Below, piece after piece: positions 18,471 to 26,973 of a stretch of 64,000 nucleotides of DNA. The DNA is taken from NCBI GenBank assembly GCA_910586405.1, contig CAJUII010000006.1, forward strand, positions 2,645-66,644, written 5' to 3'. The position numbers were made by a program, and so were the translations under genes. The first letter of the stretch is position 1; each line of letters starts with the position of its first letter. The stretch comes from an uncultured Lachnospiraceae bacterium (GTDB lineage Bacteria > Bacillota > Clostridia > Lachnospirales > Lachnospiraceae). A model generated the notes under the pieces. The model was given only the letters and a program-made list of their open reading frames with translations. It ran no database searches and was not told where the DNA came from.

Positions 18471-19186
18471 CTTACATCTTCCTCCAGCGTAAACTCCACC
18501 ACCGCATAGACAGCACCCTCCTGGTCCCTCATTACTACTTGATGTTTCCCCTCTGCCTGAATCACAGCGATTAGTACTTCGTCATCATACCGTGCTGGCT
18601 TTTTATACTCTACTCGCAGTTCTTTGAATGCAGCGCCCTCCGGCAGCGTCTCCATCGCATACCTGACATACTCCACATTATTCATATGCCGATTAGAATC
18701 GATCTGAAATTTTCGGACGCGAAACTGGTCTTGCACATATGCCTCTCCCAGCAGCACAATTTTTCTCGGCGCATAGTCCATCTCAAGCTTTGGCTCAAAC
18801 GTATAACTCTCCTGTAGCTCCTGCGTCAGTCTTATCGGACACAATTTCTCGGTGTCGATCAGCGTCCAGATAGATGCCCCCCTGACAATCAGTTTCCCGT
18901 CCTCACCGAAAACACAAAAATTCCGAAATCCCACATAATTCGTAAAATCGTACGGCGCTGTGGAAATTCTAATCCGCTCATTCAGTCTCGGTCTCCTGTC
19001 TATCACAATTTGCCACGAGCTTAGTATCCACGCAATATGCCTGCTGTAAAGATACTCCACATTAATACGTCCGTTCTCCGACTCAAAGATCGCTGCATCC
19101 TGAAAACAATCCAATATTGCAGGCACCGTCATGCACAAGGATTCATCCATCACACTGTAGCCTGCATTCATCTCATATGTATACAT
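18467..19186 (-). CDS. Acyl-ACP thioesterase
   Basis: FQDAA, WILSSWQI, IDSNRHMNNVEY. Confidence 0.88.
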   Translation of the reverse strand: MYTYEMNAGYSVMDESLCMTVPAILDCFQDAAIFESENGRINVEYLYSRHIAWILSSWQIVIDRRPRLNERIRISTAPYDFTNYVGFRNFCVFGEDGKLIVRGASIWTLIDTEKLCPIRLTQELQESYTFEPKLEMDYAPRKIVLLGEAYVQDQFRVRKFQIDSNRHMNNVEYVRYAMETLPEGAAFKELRVEYKKPARYDDEVLIAVIQAEGKHQVVMRDQEGAVYAVVEFTLEEDVR

Positions 19187-19197
19187 TGATACTCCTT

Positions 19198-19902
19198 TCA
19201 CAATGTTCCTGCCAGATAAAACCGAATCAAGCCAAATACAAGCAAATGAATCGGATAAATTGCATAAAATAAATACTTCATCTGCCTGCCGCGCGCTCCA
19301 TTATAAAAATGGATTGGTATAAATGCAAGCGGCGCCGTAACTTCATAAGCAAAAGCGCAGATTCCTACAACATTACGTATCCATTCCTGCATATCTCTGA
19401 CATAGTAAAACATAATAATAAACAAAATACCCTTCCAATGGTAATCTACATCCAGCCATTCTCCCAGAATTGCCGCCGCAATGATAATGCTCAGCTTTAA
19501 AAGCACCGCTTTTGTCTGATATCGCAGCTTGAGCTGATCCAACAAAATGAGAGCACACAAGCCTATACAGAGTGTAAAGTACACATTCTGCCCCTTGGGA
19601 TAGACCAACTTGCCAAAAATTGCCAGATTAAAAGGAATCTCTGATATCACTGCAAACAAAAAGCAGTTTCTAAGATATTTTACCACATTTCTGGTGTGGC
19701 AAAACCCCTCCACCAACAAAAAGCAATAGATTGGAAATGCAAGCCTGCCAACCTTTCTAAACATCCTGTAGACCTCATAATCATAGCCAGCCATCTGTGC
19801 ATAGACTGCCACTGCAAAATGATCTATCACCATCGTCACCACTGCAATCCATTTGAGTACCGCTGCCGAGAGTCCAAATCGGCGTTGTGCTGCCAGCTCC
19901 AT
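19198..19902 (-). CDS. TraX family membrane protein
   Basis: LKWIAVVTMVIDH, GRLAFPIYCFLLVEGF.HT, SEIPF, YNGARG, FYAIYPIHL. Confidence 0.88.
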   Translation of the reverse strand: MELAAQRRFGLSAAVLKWIAVVTMVIDHFAVAVYAQMAGYDYEVYRMFRKVGRLAFPIYCFLLVEGFCHTRNVVKYLRNCFLFAVISEIPFNLAIFGKLVYPKGQNVYFTLCIGLCALILLDQLKLRYQTKAVLLKLSIIIAAAILGEWLDVDYHWKGILFIIMFYYVRDMQEWIRNVVGICAFAYEVTAPLAFIPIHFYNGARGRQMKYLFYAIYPIHLLVFGLIRFYLAGTL

Positions 19903-19930
19903 ACAAATCCCCCTTCTGTCACAAAAGCCG

Positions 19931-19958
19931 AAAAGGCCGCAGCATAGAAGCTGCAGCC
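19931..19958 (-). terminator. Putative terminator after secDF
   Basis: GGCTGCAGC-TTCTAT-GCTGCGGCC followed by TTTT. Confidence 0.6.
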
Positions 19959-19972
19959 CCAAATCATCAGAC

Positions 19973-22210
19973 TTATGCCTTCTTTATTTTTGTTCTGAGC
20001 ACATACCAAAGTGCACCTGTGATACACACCGAAGAATACGTACCACACACAATACCTACCATGAGCGGCAGTGCAAATTCCTTGATGGAAGTCACACCCA
20101 GTACATACAGTGCTGCAACCATGATAAAAGTTGTCAATGACGTAAAGATACTTCTCGAAAGTGTCTGGCTGATACTTCTGTTGACCAAATCCTCCAGCGA
20201 GTCCTTTTTCAGCATCGTGCCGAGATTCTCCCTGATACGGTCAAAGATTACAATCGTCGCATTGATAGAATACCCCACAATCGTCAGCATACAAGCGATG
20301 AATGTACTGCCCACAGACACCTTTGCAACTGCGTAGAACGCAAGCACTACAAGCACGTCATGTACCAGCGCTGCCACGGAGCTTGCTGCAAAACGGATAT
20401 CCTTGAACCGGAACCAAATATAGATCAACATACAGATCGTCGCTATGATCACCGCAATGATGGCATCATTCTTCATTTCAGAACTGATGGTTGAGCTAAT
20501 TGTCTCCGCTGTGATCAGTTCCTCATTGACGCCAAAGTTCTCAACCAGAGCATTGTTCAACTGCTCTCTCTCTGACAAATTGAGCTCTCTTGTCTTGAAA
20601 ATAACCTCATTAGAGCCTGCTACCTTCTGTACCTGCACAGCGCCATCGCCTGTTATATCGGTAAACACCGGCACAACCTCTGCATCAATTGCCGCAAGAT
20701 CCAGATCCTCATTAAATGTCACATTCGTAGAAGTACCACCCACAAAGTCAAGACTATAATTCAGCACCTTGCCAGTAGTAGCACTATTGATCCCCATAAA
20801 GACCACTCCAAGAATAATCACAGCAGCCGAACACACAAAGAAGATATTTTTCTTTGCAAGGAAATTGACCGTTCCTTTTTCTTTGTTTGTGCCATAGAAC
20901 TTCACATCCTTGAGACCAACCGTAAAGAATGCCTTGAGAATCAGTCTCGTCACAAAGAGTGCCGTGAACATGGACAGCACAATACCAAGTCCAAGCGTAT
21001 ATGCAAAGCCTTTTACTGTACCAGAACCCTTGATACCGAGCACAAGCGCTGCGATCAAGGTCGTCACGTTGCCGTCCACAATCGCTGAAAGAGCCTTCTG
21101 AAATCCCGTATCAATCGCATTTCTGACAGTTTTGCCGACGGTGATCTCCTCTCTGATTCGCGCAAAGATAATTACGTTTGCATCGACCGCCATACCAATC
21201 GACAGGATGATACCTGCTATACCTGGAAGCGTCAGTGTCAACTCAAAGATATTCAGACAAATAACGATCAGACAAGTATAGATGATCAATGCCAGCACTG
21301 ATGCAAGACCCGGAACGCGGTATACAATGATCATAAACAGTGCAATGATGACCAATCCAATCAGCGCCGCGAGCAAGCTTGTCCGAACAGCCTCCTCACC
21401 AAGCTGTGCACCGACTACATTAGAGCGCAGCTCCTCCAGCTCCAGCTTGAGTCCGCCGATACGAATCTGGCTTGCAAGCCGTTCCGCCTGCTCAAAAGTG
21501 CCCATCCCTGTAATCTGCGCTCTGCCGTCTGTGAGTGCCGCCTCAACATTGGGTACACTGATAAAATCTCCGTCATAGTAGATACCAATGGACTGATTGT
21601 TTGCATAAGCCTTCGTAGTGGCATCCGCAAACTTTGTAGCACCTGTACTTGTAAATACCAAATCCACCACAAACTGACTGTTTCCAAGGCTGTCACTTCC
21701 TGAACCGCCGTCCGCCGCCTCAACGTCCGTCCCCTCCAGCACAATGCTTCCGTCAGCCTGAAGTTCCTCGATTGTCTTATTTAATGAGTATCCTGTCGCA
21801 CCGGCGCCTGTGTAGGAATAATTTTGATTTCCTTGCGCATCTGTCTGTGCGATGAAATACAGCGCACCAGGTCTGCCCAGATCTTCAAGAATTGAGTTGG
21901 CATCAGACACACCAGGAATCTCGATATTGATACGGTCTGTGCCTTCCTTGTACACCTGCGCTTCTGTACTATATCCCTGTACACGCTGTTGCAGCTTATA
22001 GATGGTGTCATCCATATCCTCTGTGGACGGATCTTCATCTCCCACCACCTGATAGGTGATGCTCACACCGCCCGCAAGATCAAGCCCCTGCTTGATTCCC
22101 GCCGCTGAACCAGCACGCTCTGTGCCAATCCCCCAGATTGCCACAAATCCAAGCGCTGCCATGACAAGCACTGTCACGATCAGCGTAATCACACTTTTGT
22201 TTTTTTTCAT
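19973..22210 (-). CDS. secDF: Fused protein translocase subunit SecDF
   Basis: GLDLAGG, GMAVDANV, SLDFVGGT, HDV, GYSIN..IVIFDRIRE. Confidence 0.95.
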   Translation of the reverse strand: MKKNKSVITLIVTVLVMAALGFVAIWGIGTERAGSAAGIKQGLDLAGGVSITYQVVGDEDPSTEDMDDTIYKLQQRVQGYSTEAQVYKEGTDRINIEIPGVSDANSILEDLGRPGALYFIAQTDAQGNQNYSYTGAGATGYSLNKTIEELQADGSIVLEGTDVEAADGGSGSDSLGNSQFVVDLVFTSTGATKFADATTKAYANNQSIGIYYDGDFISVPNVEAALTDGRAQITGMGTFEQAERLASQIRIGGLKLELEELRSNVVGAQLGEEAVRTSLLAALIGLVIIALFMIIVYRVPGLASVLALIIYTCLIVICLNIFELTLTLPGIAGIILSIGMAVDANVIIFARIREEITVGKTVRNAIDTGFQKALSAIVDGNVTTLIAALVLGIKGSGTVKGFAYTLGLGIVLSMFTALFVTRLILKAFFTVGLKDVKFYGTNKEKGTVNFLAKKNIFFVCSAAVIILGVVFMGINSATTGKVLNYSLDFVGGTSTNVTFNEDLDLAAIDAEVVPVFTDITGDGAVQVQKVAGSNEVIFKTRELNLSEREQLNNALVENFGVNEELITAETISSTISSEMKNDAIIAVIIATICMLIYIWFRFKDIRFAASSVAALVHDVLVVLAFYAVAKVSVGSTFIACMLTIVGYSINATIVIFDRIRENLGTMLKKDSLEDLVNRSISQTLSRSIFTSLTTFIMVAALYVLGVTSIKEFALPLMVGIVCGTYSSVCITGALWYVLRTKIKKA

Positions 22211-22225
22211 AACCTGTATACTCCT

Positions 22226-23611
22226 TTACTTTCTATCTTCTTCGGCAAGAGCAGCCTTTATCATGATTGCACATTCAACACGCTTCCTCTGAAGCTCACA
22301 GCCAAGGTCATAAGCATCATGGATGTCTCCATGGAAATTGTAAGCGTTTGCCGCACATCCCCCGCTGCAATAGAATTTAGCAAAACAGTTCTTACACTTC
22401 TCCTTTGAATATACATTACATGTCTTAAATTGATCGCACAGCTGCGTGTTGACAATGCCCTCATCCACATTGCCCATCAAGAATGCATCCTGTCCCACAA
22501 ACTGATGGCAGGGATAAAAATCTCCCCACGGCGTCACCGCCAGATACTCCGTGCCAGAGCCACAGCCAGACAACCGTTTGTAGACACATGGTCCACCCTC
22601 TAAATCGATCATAAAATGAAAGAAATTGAAACCATTTCCCTCTTGGTGCCGCCGAATAATCTCCACGGCAAGCTTATCATACTCTGCAAGCAGCTCTGGC
22701 AAGTCAGATGTGACAAGTGCATAATCTGCACTTTCCGGTGCCACCACCGGCTCGACAGAGATCTGCTGAAAGCCTAGGTCCGCCAGGTGACAGACATCCG
22801 CCGCAAAATCCTTGTTAAAATGTGTAAATGTCCCACGCACATAATAATTTGTCTGTTTTCTGCTCTCGGCAACCTTTTTGAATTTCGGCAGAATTATGTC
22901 ATAGCTCCCCTGACCGCCCGCAAGTGGACGCATCCTGTCATTGACTTCCCTTCTGCCGTCTATGCTCAGCACGATATTTGCCATCTCTTTGTTGGCAAAC
23001 TCCATGATTTCATCATCTAACAAAACGCCGTTCGTCGTGAGCGTGAATCGAAATTTCTTGTGATGCTCCTCCTCAAGGCTTCTGCCATATGCTACAAGGT
23101 CCTTTACGACCTGCCAGTTCATGAGAGGCTCCCCGCCAAAAAAATCCACCTCAAGATTCACTCGATTTCCTGAGTTCGCTACCAGGAAATCCAATGCCTT
23201 CCTGCCAACTTCGTAGCTCATCAGCGCGCGTCTGCCGTGATACTCTCCCTCCTCTGCAAAACAGTACTTGCATTTGAGATTACAGTCGTGCGCGATGTGC
23301 AGACAGAGCGCTTTGACAATCGTCTCGCGGTTTTTAAAGGCCTCTATACTTTTCTCATATATATCTTCTGTAAAGAGCATTCCGTGCTCTTTCAGCTCAT
23401 AAATCTCCTCTACAACCTCAGCCAAATCCGCTGTCCGGTCTGAAAATTTTTCTTTTAACGTCTCCAACGCCACAGCCTGGTCTGCATTCTCAAGCTGGTT
23501 GTCCACCATGTAGGCAATCGCATCGTAAACAAGGTCATCGACAACATGCACAGAACCGCTGTTGACATCCAAAACGATATTGTATCCATTATTGTTATAC
23601 TGATGTATCAA
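22226..23611 (-). CDS. scfB: SCIFF radical SAM/SPASM maturase
   Basis: CNLKCKYC, FFGGEPL, GCGSG..YPCHQF..C..C..CSGGC SPASM; TTG start (MIHQY) after GGAAGG. Confidence 0.93.
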   Translation of the reverse strand: MIHQYNNNGYNIVLDVNSGSVHVVDDLVYDAIAYMVDNQLENADQAVALETLKEKFSDRTADLAEVVEEIYELKEHGMLFTEDIYEKSIEAFKNRETIVKALCLHIAHDCNLKCKYCFAEEGEYHGRRALMSYEVGRKALDFLVANSGNRVNLEVDFFGGEPLMNWQVVKDLVAYGRSLEEEHHKKFRFTLTTNGVLLDDEIMEFANKEMANIVLSIDGRREVNDRMRPLAGGQGSYDIILPKFKKVAESRKQTNYYVRGTFTHFNKDFAADVCHLADLGFQQISVEPVVAPESADYALVTSDLPELLAEYDKLAVEIIRRHQEGNGFNFFHFMIDLEGGPCVYKRLSGCGSGTEYLAVTPWGDFYPCHQFVGQDAFLMGNVDEGIVNTQLCDQFKTCNVYSKEKCKNCFAKFYCSGGCAANAYNFHGDIHDAYDLGCELQRKRVECAIMIKAALAEEDRK

Positions 23612-23644
23612 TTTTATTTCCTTCCCACACTCATTACACACAAT

Positions 23645-23676
23645 CGAGTAGGCGGGATGTCTCACCCTCCTACTCG
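23645..23676 (-). other. Intergenic stem-loop between scfA and scfB
   Basis: CGAGTAGG...CCTACTCG stem without a strong U tract. Confidence 0.6.
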
Positions 23677-23706
23677 CTGTTTGACACTTCATTTATTTAT
23701 GATTGA

Positions 23707-23853
23707 CTATTTGCTGGCATGCTCACAGCTCTGATTTCCAACTGTGCAGGATGTCTTGCACGCAGACTGACAAGATGTTTGGCACTCTCCGCATCCACCC
23801 TTTTTTACAGACTCTTTATAGTCCCTAGTCGTCAATGTCCTAATATGCTTCAT
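23707..23853 (-). CDS. scfA: Six-cysteine ranthipeptide precursor SCIFF (48 aa; absent from ORF track)
   Basis: Manual translation MKHIRTLTTRDYKESVKKGGCGECQTSCQSACKTSCTVGNQSCEHASK; AAGGAGG RBS. Confidence 0.96.
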   Translation of the reverse strand: MKHIRTLTTRDYKESVKKGGCGECQTSCQSACKTSCTVGNQSCEHASK

Positions 23854-23956
23854 ACCGATTGCCTCCTTAAAATGTATTCTTAAAATTATTCAATCTACGA
23901 TAGTATACCACATATTTCTACATTCGAAAAGTGTTTTTTCTGATTTTTGGGATTTT

Positions 23957-24988
23957 TTACATCACCTTCTGCAAATAGGAGGTGGAGGCATATAAAACCT
24001 GATTGTTCAGCAGAACCCGTGACCAGCCGTTATTGCCAATTCCCGTGCGGAATATCATATCCCCCGGATTAATAGGCACCACAATCGTATCCGGGCTGTC
24101 TGCGTTCGGCACTGTCCTCAAATTTACCGTCGAGGTGGCTGTCACAACCTCATTTACATCCAGATACTGCACATTTGCCGCATTCTCAGCGCTCACAACA
24201 GGTGCACCACTCGGGTCCTTTGCCTCTGCGATTCCATCATAATTAAAATAAGCAACGTTCATGTCAACATTGCCGGCAATCCCTGGTATCGCCGCCTTGC
24301 TTGTATACTGCCACATCGCATGTACGCCTGCATAGCTGCTCGCCGGCGTGATCGGGAACGGCTGCGCGGGATACTGCGACACCCATACTTTATACTTGTT
24401 CAGAATATTCATATCCCAGTCCTTGCTGTCTGTCATCTCATTTCTGGACGCATAAAACATAGGTGTATAGCCTCTTGCCGCGATGGTGTCAAGAAACTTG
24501 ACTGCCAGTGCTGTCCGAACTTCTTTTCCAAGCAAATACTGTCGGCTCGTTGTATTGCGAAAACCTTCACAGTCATATGCCACCGGAAAGGTAATTTTAT
24601 ATTTGTCGATCAGATTTGCTGTAAAAAGTGCCTCCTCAACTGCCTCTGCCTCATTTACTGCGGCGGAGAAAAAGTATGCGCCCACCTTCAGACCGACTCT
24701 CTGTGCCTCCTGCAAATTATATCTCGCATAGGGATCTTCATTCAAGATTCCGGTCGTCTGCGTGCGATACCCTACACGGATGATCGCAAACTGTACCCCG
24801 GAAGCCGCTACCTGATTCCAGTCAATCACGCCCTGATAGCGAGAGACATCAATTCCCAATGCTGCCTGTGCCACTTCGTTTGGCGCCGCCTGCACAGTCA
24901 GCTTGGGCGCTGCCACGGATATCAATATGATCAATGCCATCAAAAGTGCCTTACATCTCACTGTTTTCCTATGTACCATAAACTTCAT
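23957..24988 (-). CDS. Secreted GH25 lysozyme with C-terminal SH3b domain
   Basis: GIDVSRYQG, AYDCE, WQYTS, VNLRTVP..GWSRV. Confidence 0.9.
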   Translation of the reverse strand: MKFMVHRKTVRCKALLMALIILISVAAPKLTVQAAPNEVAQAALGIDVSRYQGVIDWNQVAASGVQFAIIRVGYRTQTTGILNEDPYARYNLQEAQRVGLKVGAYFFSAAVNEAEAVEEALFTANLIDKYKITFPVAYDCEGFRNTTSRQYLLGKEVRTALAVKFLDTIAARGYTPMFYASRNEMTDSKDWDMNILNKYKVWVSQYPAQPFPITPASSYAGVHAMWQYTSKAAIPGIAGNVDMNVAYFNYDGIAEAKDPSGAPVVSAENAANVQYLDVNEVVTATSTVNLRTVPNADSPDTIVVPINPGDMIFRTGIGNNGWSRVLLNNQVLYASTSYLQKVM

Positions 24989-25121
24989 AAATGCCTTTCT
25001 CCTCTTCCTTTCTATGTTATAAGCAATACAAATAGTTCCTTTGCCAGTATAACATATTTCGACAAAAAAGAAAGTATTTTTACAAAATTCATTGTTCCAG
25101 TATCTGTAAAGTACGTATGTG

Positions 25122-25493
25122 CTATCCCATCATTCCGCCCAGCATCCCACTGCCAAGGCAGATCAACAATGTCGTGATGACGGTGTTGCTGATTGGCACA
25201 AAGCCTGGATCTGACACAGCAGACACTGCACATATGATCACAAAATACGCCGCGCCAGCTAACATTCCCCATATAAATCTGCGGCTCGATGCCCCCTTGG
25301 AGAAAAAGAGCCCTGCCAACAGAGAGGAGATACAGTAGATTACGATAATACTGATGTCCACTACATTCTCTCCAATCGAAAACTTGTACAGCAATCCTGC
25401 CACGATAAGGAGCAAGATTCCCGTAATCAGATAAGCAGCCATCAGGCATTTTAGCAGCGCCACAAGTCGCTCTGTGGCAAATACATTTTTCAC
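25122..25493 (-). CDS. Small four-TM membrane protein (TIGR04086-like)
   Basis: Four hydrophobic helices, RRFIWG, C-terminal GMLGGMMG; typical SCIFF neighbour. Confidence 0.75.
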   Translation of the reverse strand: MKNVFATERLVALLKCLMAAYLITGILLLIVAGLLYKFSIGENVVDISIIVIYCISSLLAGLFFSKGASSRRFIWGMLAGAAYFVIICAVSAVSDPGFVPISNTVITTLLICLGSGMLGGMMG

Positions 25494-25603
25494 AATATCC
25501 TACCTCCAATTTTTAATAAAATCTTGTATTATTTCACTAACACTGTTATAATCTATGCTGATACGTATAAAAATATGCAATTGCAAAAAGGAGTGATTTT
25601 GTT

Positions 25604-26917
25604 TTGGATACCCCTGGTGTCATACAACTCGTAATTCTTGTCGTACTTATTATTTTGTCAGCTTTTTTCTCATCTGCTGAGACGGCCCTCACCACCATAA
25701 GCAATGTCAAGGTGCGTGCCATGGTCGATGAAAATCCGACTGGAAGGGTGCTCACGCTTCAAAAGATTCTTGACAACAGAAGCAAACTGATCAGCGCGAT
25801 ACTGATTGGTAACAATGTCGTAAATATCAGTGCTTCCTCCCTTATGACCTCACTGGTCATACGCCTATGGGGAAATGCCGCTGTCGGCATCGGCACTGGC
25901 GTACTGACACTGTTGGTTTTGATCTTCGGTGAAATTGTCCCCAAAACCTGGGCGATGTGCAACAATGAAAAGCTCTCCCTCGCCTATGCGCGGGCGATCT
26001 ATCTGCTGATGATGCTGTTGACGCCTGTCATCTTCATCATCGACAAAATCTCAGGACTTTTCCTTGGCTTCCTCCACATTGACCCGTCAGCCCGTGTCAC
26101 AATGACAGAGACAGAGCTGAAAACATATGTGGATGTCAGCCACGAGGACGGTGTGATCGAGCAGGAGGAGAAAAAGCTTATCTACAATGTATTCGAGTTT
26201 GGTGACTCTGTTGCTAAAGACATTATGATTCCCCGCATTGACATGACTACAATCGATGTCAATGCATCCTATGAGGAGTTGTTGACCCTGTTTCGCGAGT
26301 CCATGTATTCGCGCATTCCCGTCTACGAGAATGACATTGATAATATGCTTGGAATCGTGATCGTAAAAGATCTTCTCATGGTGGAAAACAAGGAAAATTT
26401 CAAGATACGCGATATTCTAAGAGAAGGCTATTACACCTATGAATTCAAAAAAACAGCGGATTTGCTGCTGGAGATGCGTCTGCTCACGACCAATGTCGCA
26501 CTGGTTTTAAATGAGTACGGCGCTACCGTGGGCATGATCACGGTGGAGGATCTTCTGGAAGAAATTGTCGGTGAGATTCGCGACGAGTACGACGCCGATG
26601 AGGCAGAGCTCTTCAAGAAAACTGCTGAGAATGAATACGAAGTTGGCGGCAGCTTAAAGCTTGACGATATCAACGATGTTCTCGAGACGAAATTTGACTC
26701 CGAAGACTATGACTCGATCGGCGGTATCATGATCGAGCTGTTAGACCGTTTCCCGTCAGAAGGAGAGTCTGTGATCACGGCGGACAACATCAAGCTGACC
26801 GCCAAAAAGGTAGATAACAACCGCATTGAGACTGTGACCATCCTTCTGCCTGAGACCAAATCAGATATGGAGGAGGACACCGCGGAGCTACACATAGAAT
26901 CACATGAAACCGAGTAG
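25604..26917 (+). CDS. CNNM/CBS/CorC domain protein (HlyC/CorC family)
   Basis: SAFFSSAETA, LIGNN, FGEIVPK, SRIPVY, EDLLEEIVGEIRDEYD. Confidence 0.92.
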   Translation: MDTPGVIQLVILVVLIILSAFFSSAETALTTISNVKVRAMVDENPTGRVLTLQKILDNRSKLISAILIGNNVVNISASSLMTSLVIRLWGNAAVGIGTGVLTLLVLIFGEIVPKTWAMCNNEKLSLAYARAIYLLMMLLTPVIFIIDKISGLFLGFLHIDPSARVTMTETELKTYVDVSHEDGVIEQEEKKLIYNVFEFGDSVAKDIMIPRIDMTTIDVNASYEELLTLFRESMYSRIPVYENDIDNMLGIVIVKDLLMVENKENFKIRDILREGYYTYEFKKTADLLLEMRLLTTNVALVLNEYGATVGMITVEDLLEEIVGEIRDEYDADEAELFKKTAENEYEVGGSLKLDDINDVLETKFDSEDYDSIGGIMIELLDRFPSEGESVITADNIKLTAKKVDNNRIETVTILLPETKSDMEEDTAELHIESHETE

Positions 26918-26932
26918 GCTTTGTGTGACCGC

Positions 26933-26969
26933 AATATAAAAGAGCAGGCACTGCCTGCTCTTTTATATT
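26933..26969. terminator. Bidirectional terminator
   Basis: AATATAAAAGAGCAGGC / GCCTGCTCTTTTATATT. Confidence 0.85.
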
Positions 26970-26973
26970 ATTA

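Noticed and set aside
19198..19902. TraX as a sign of a conjugative element
   Set aside because: No relaxase, T4SS, integrase or att-like repeats; embedded among core genes
23957..24988. GH25 as a prophage endolysin
   Set aside because: Has a signal peptide and no holin or phage genes nearby
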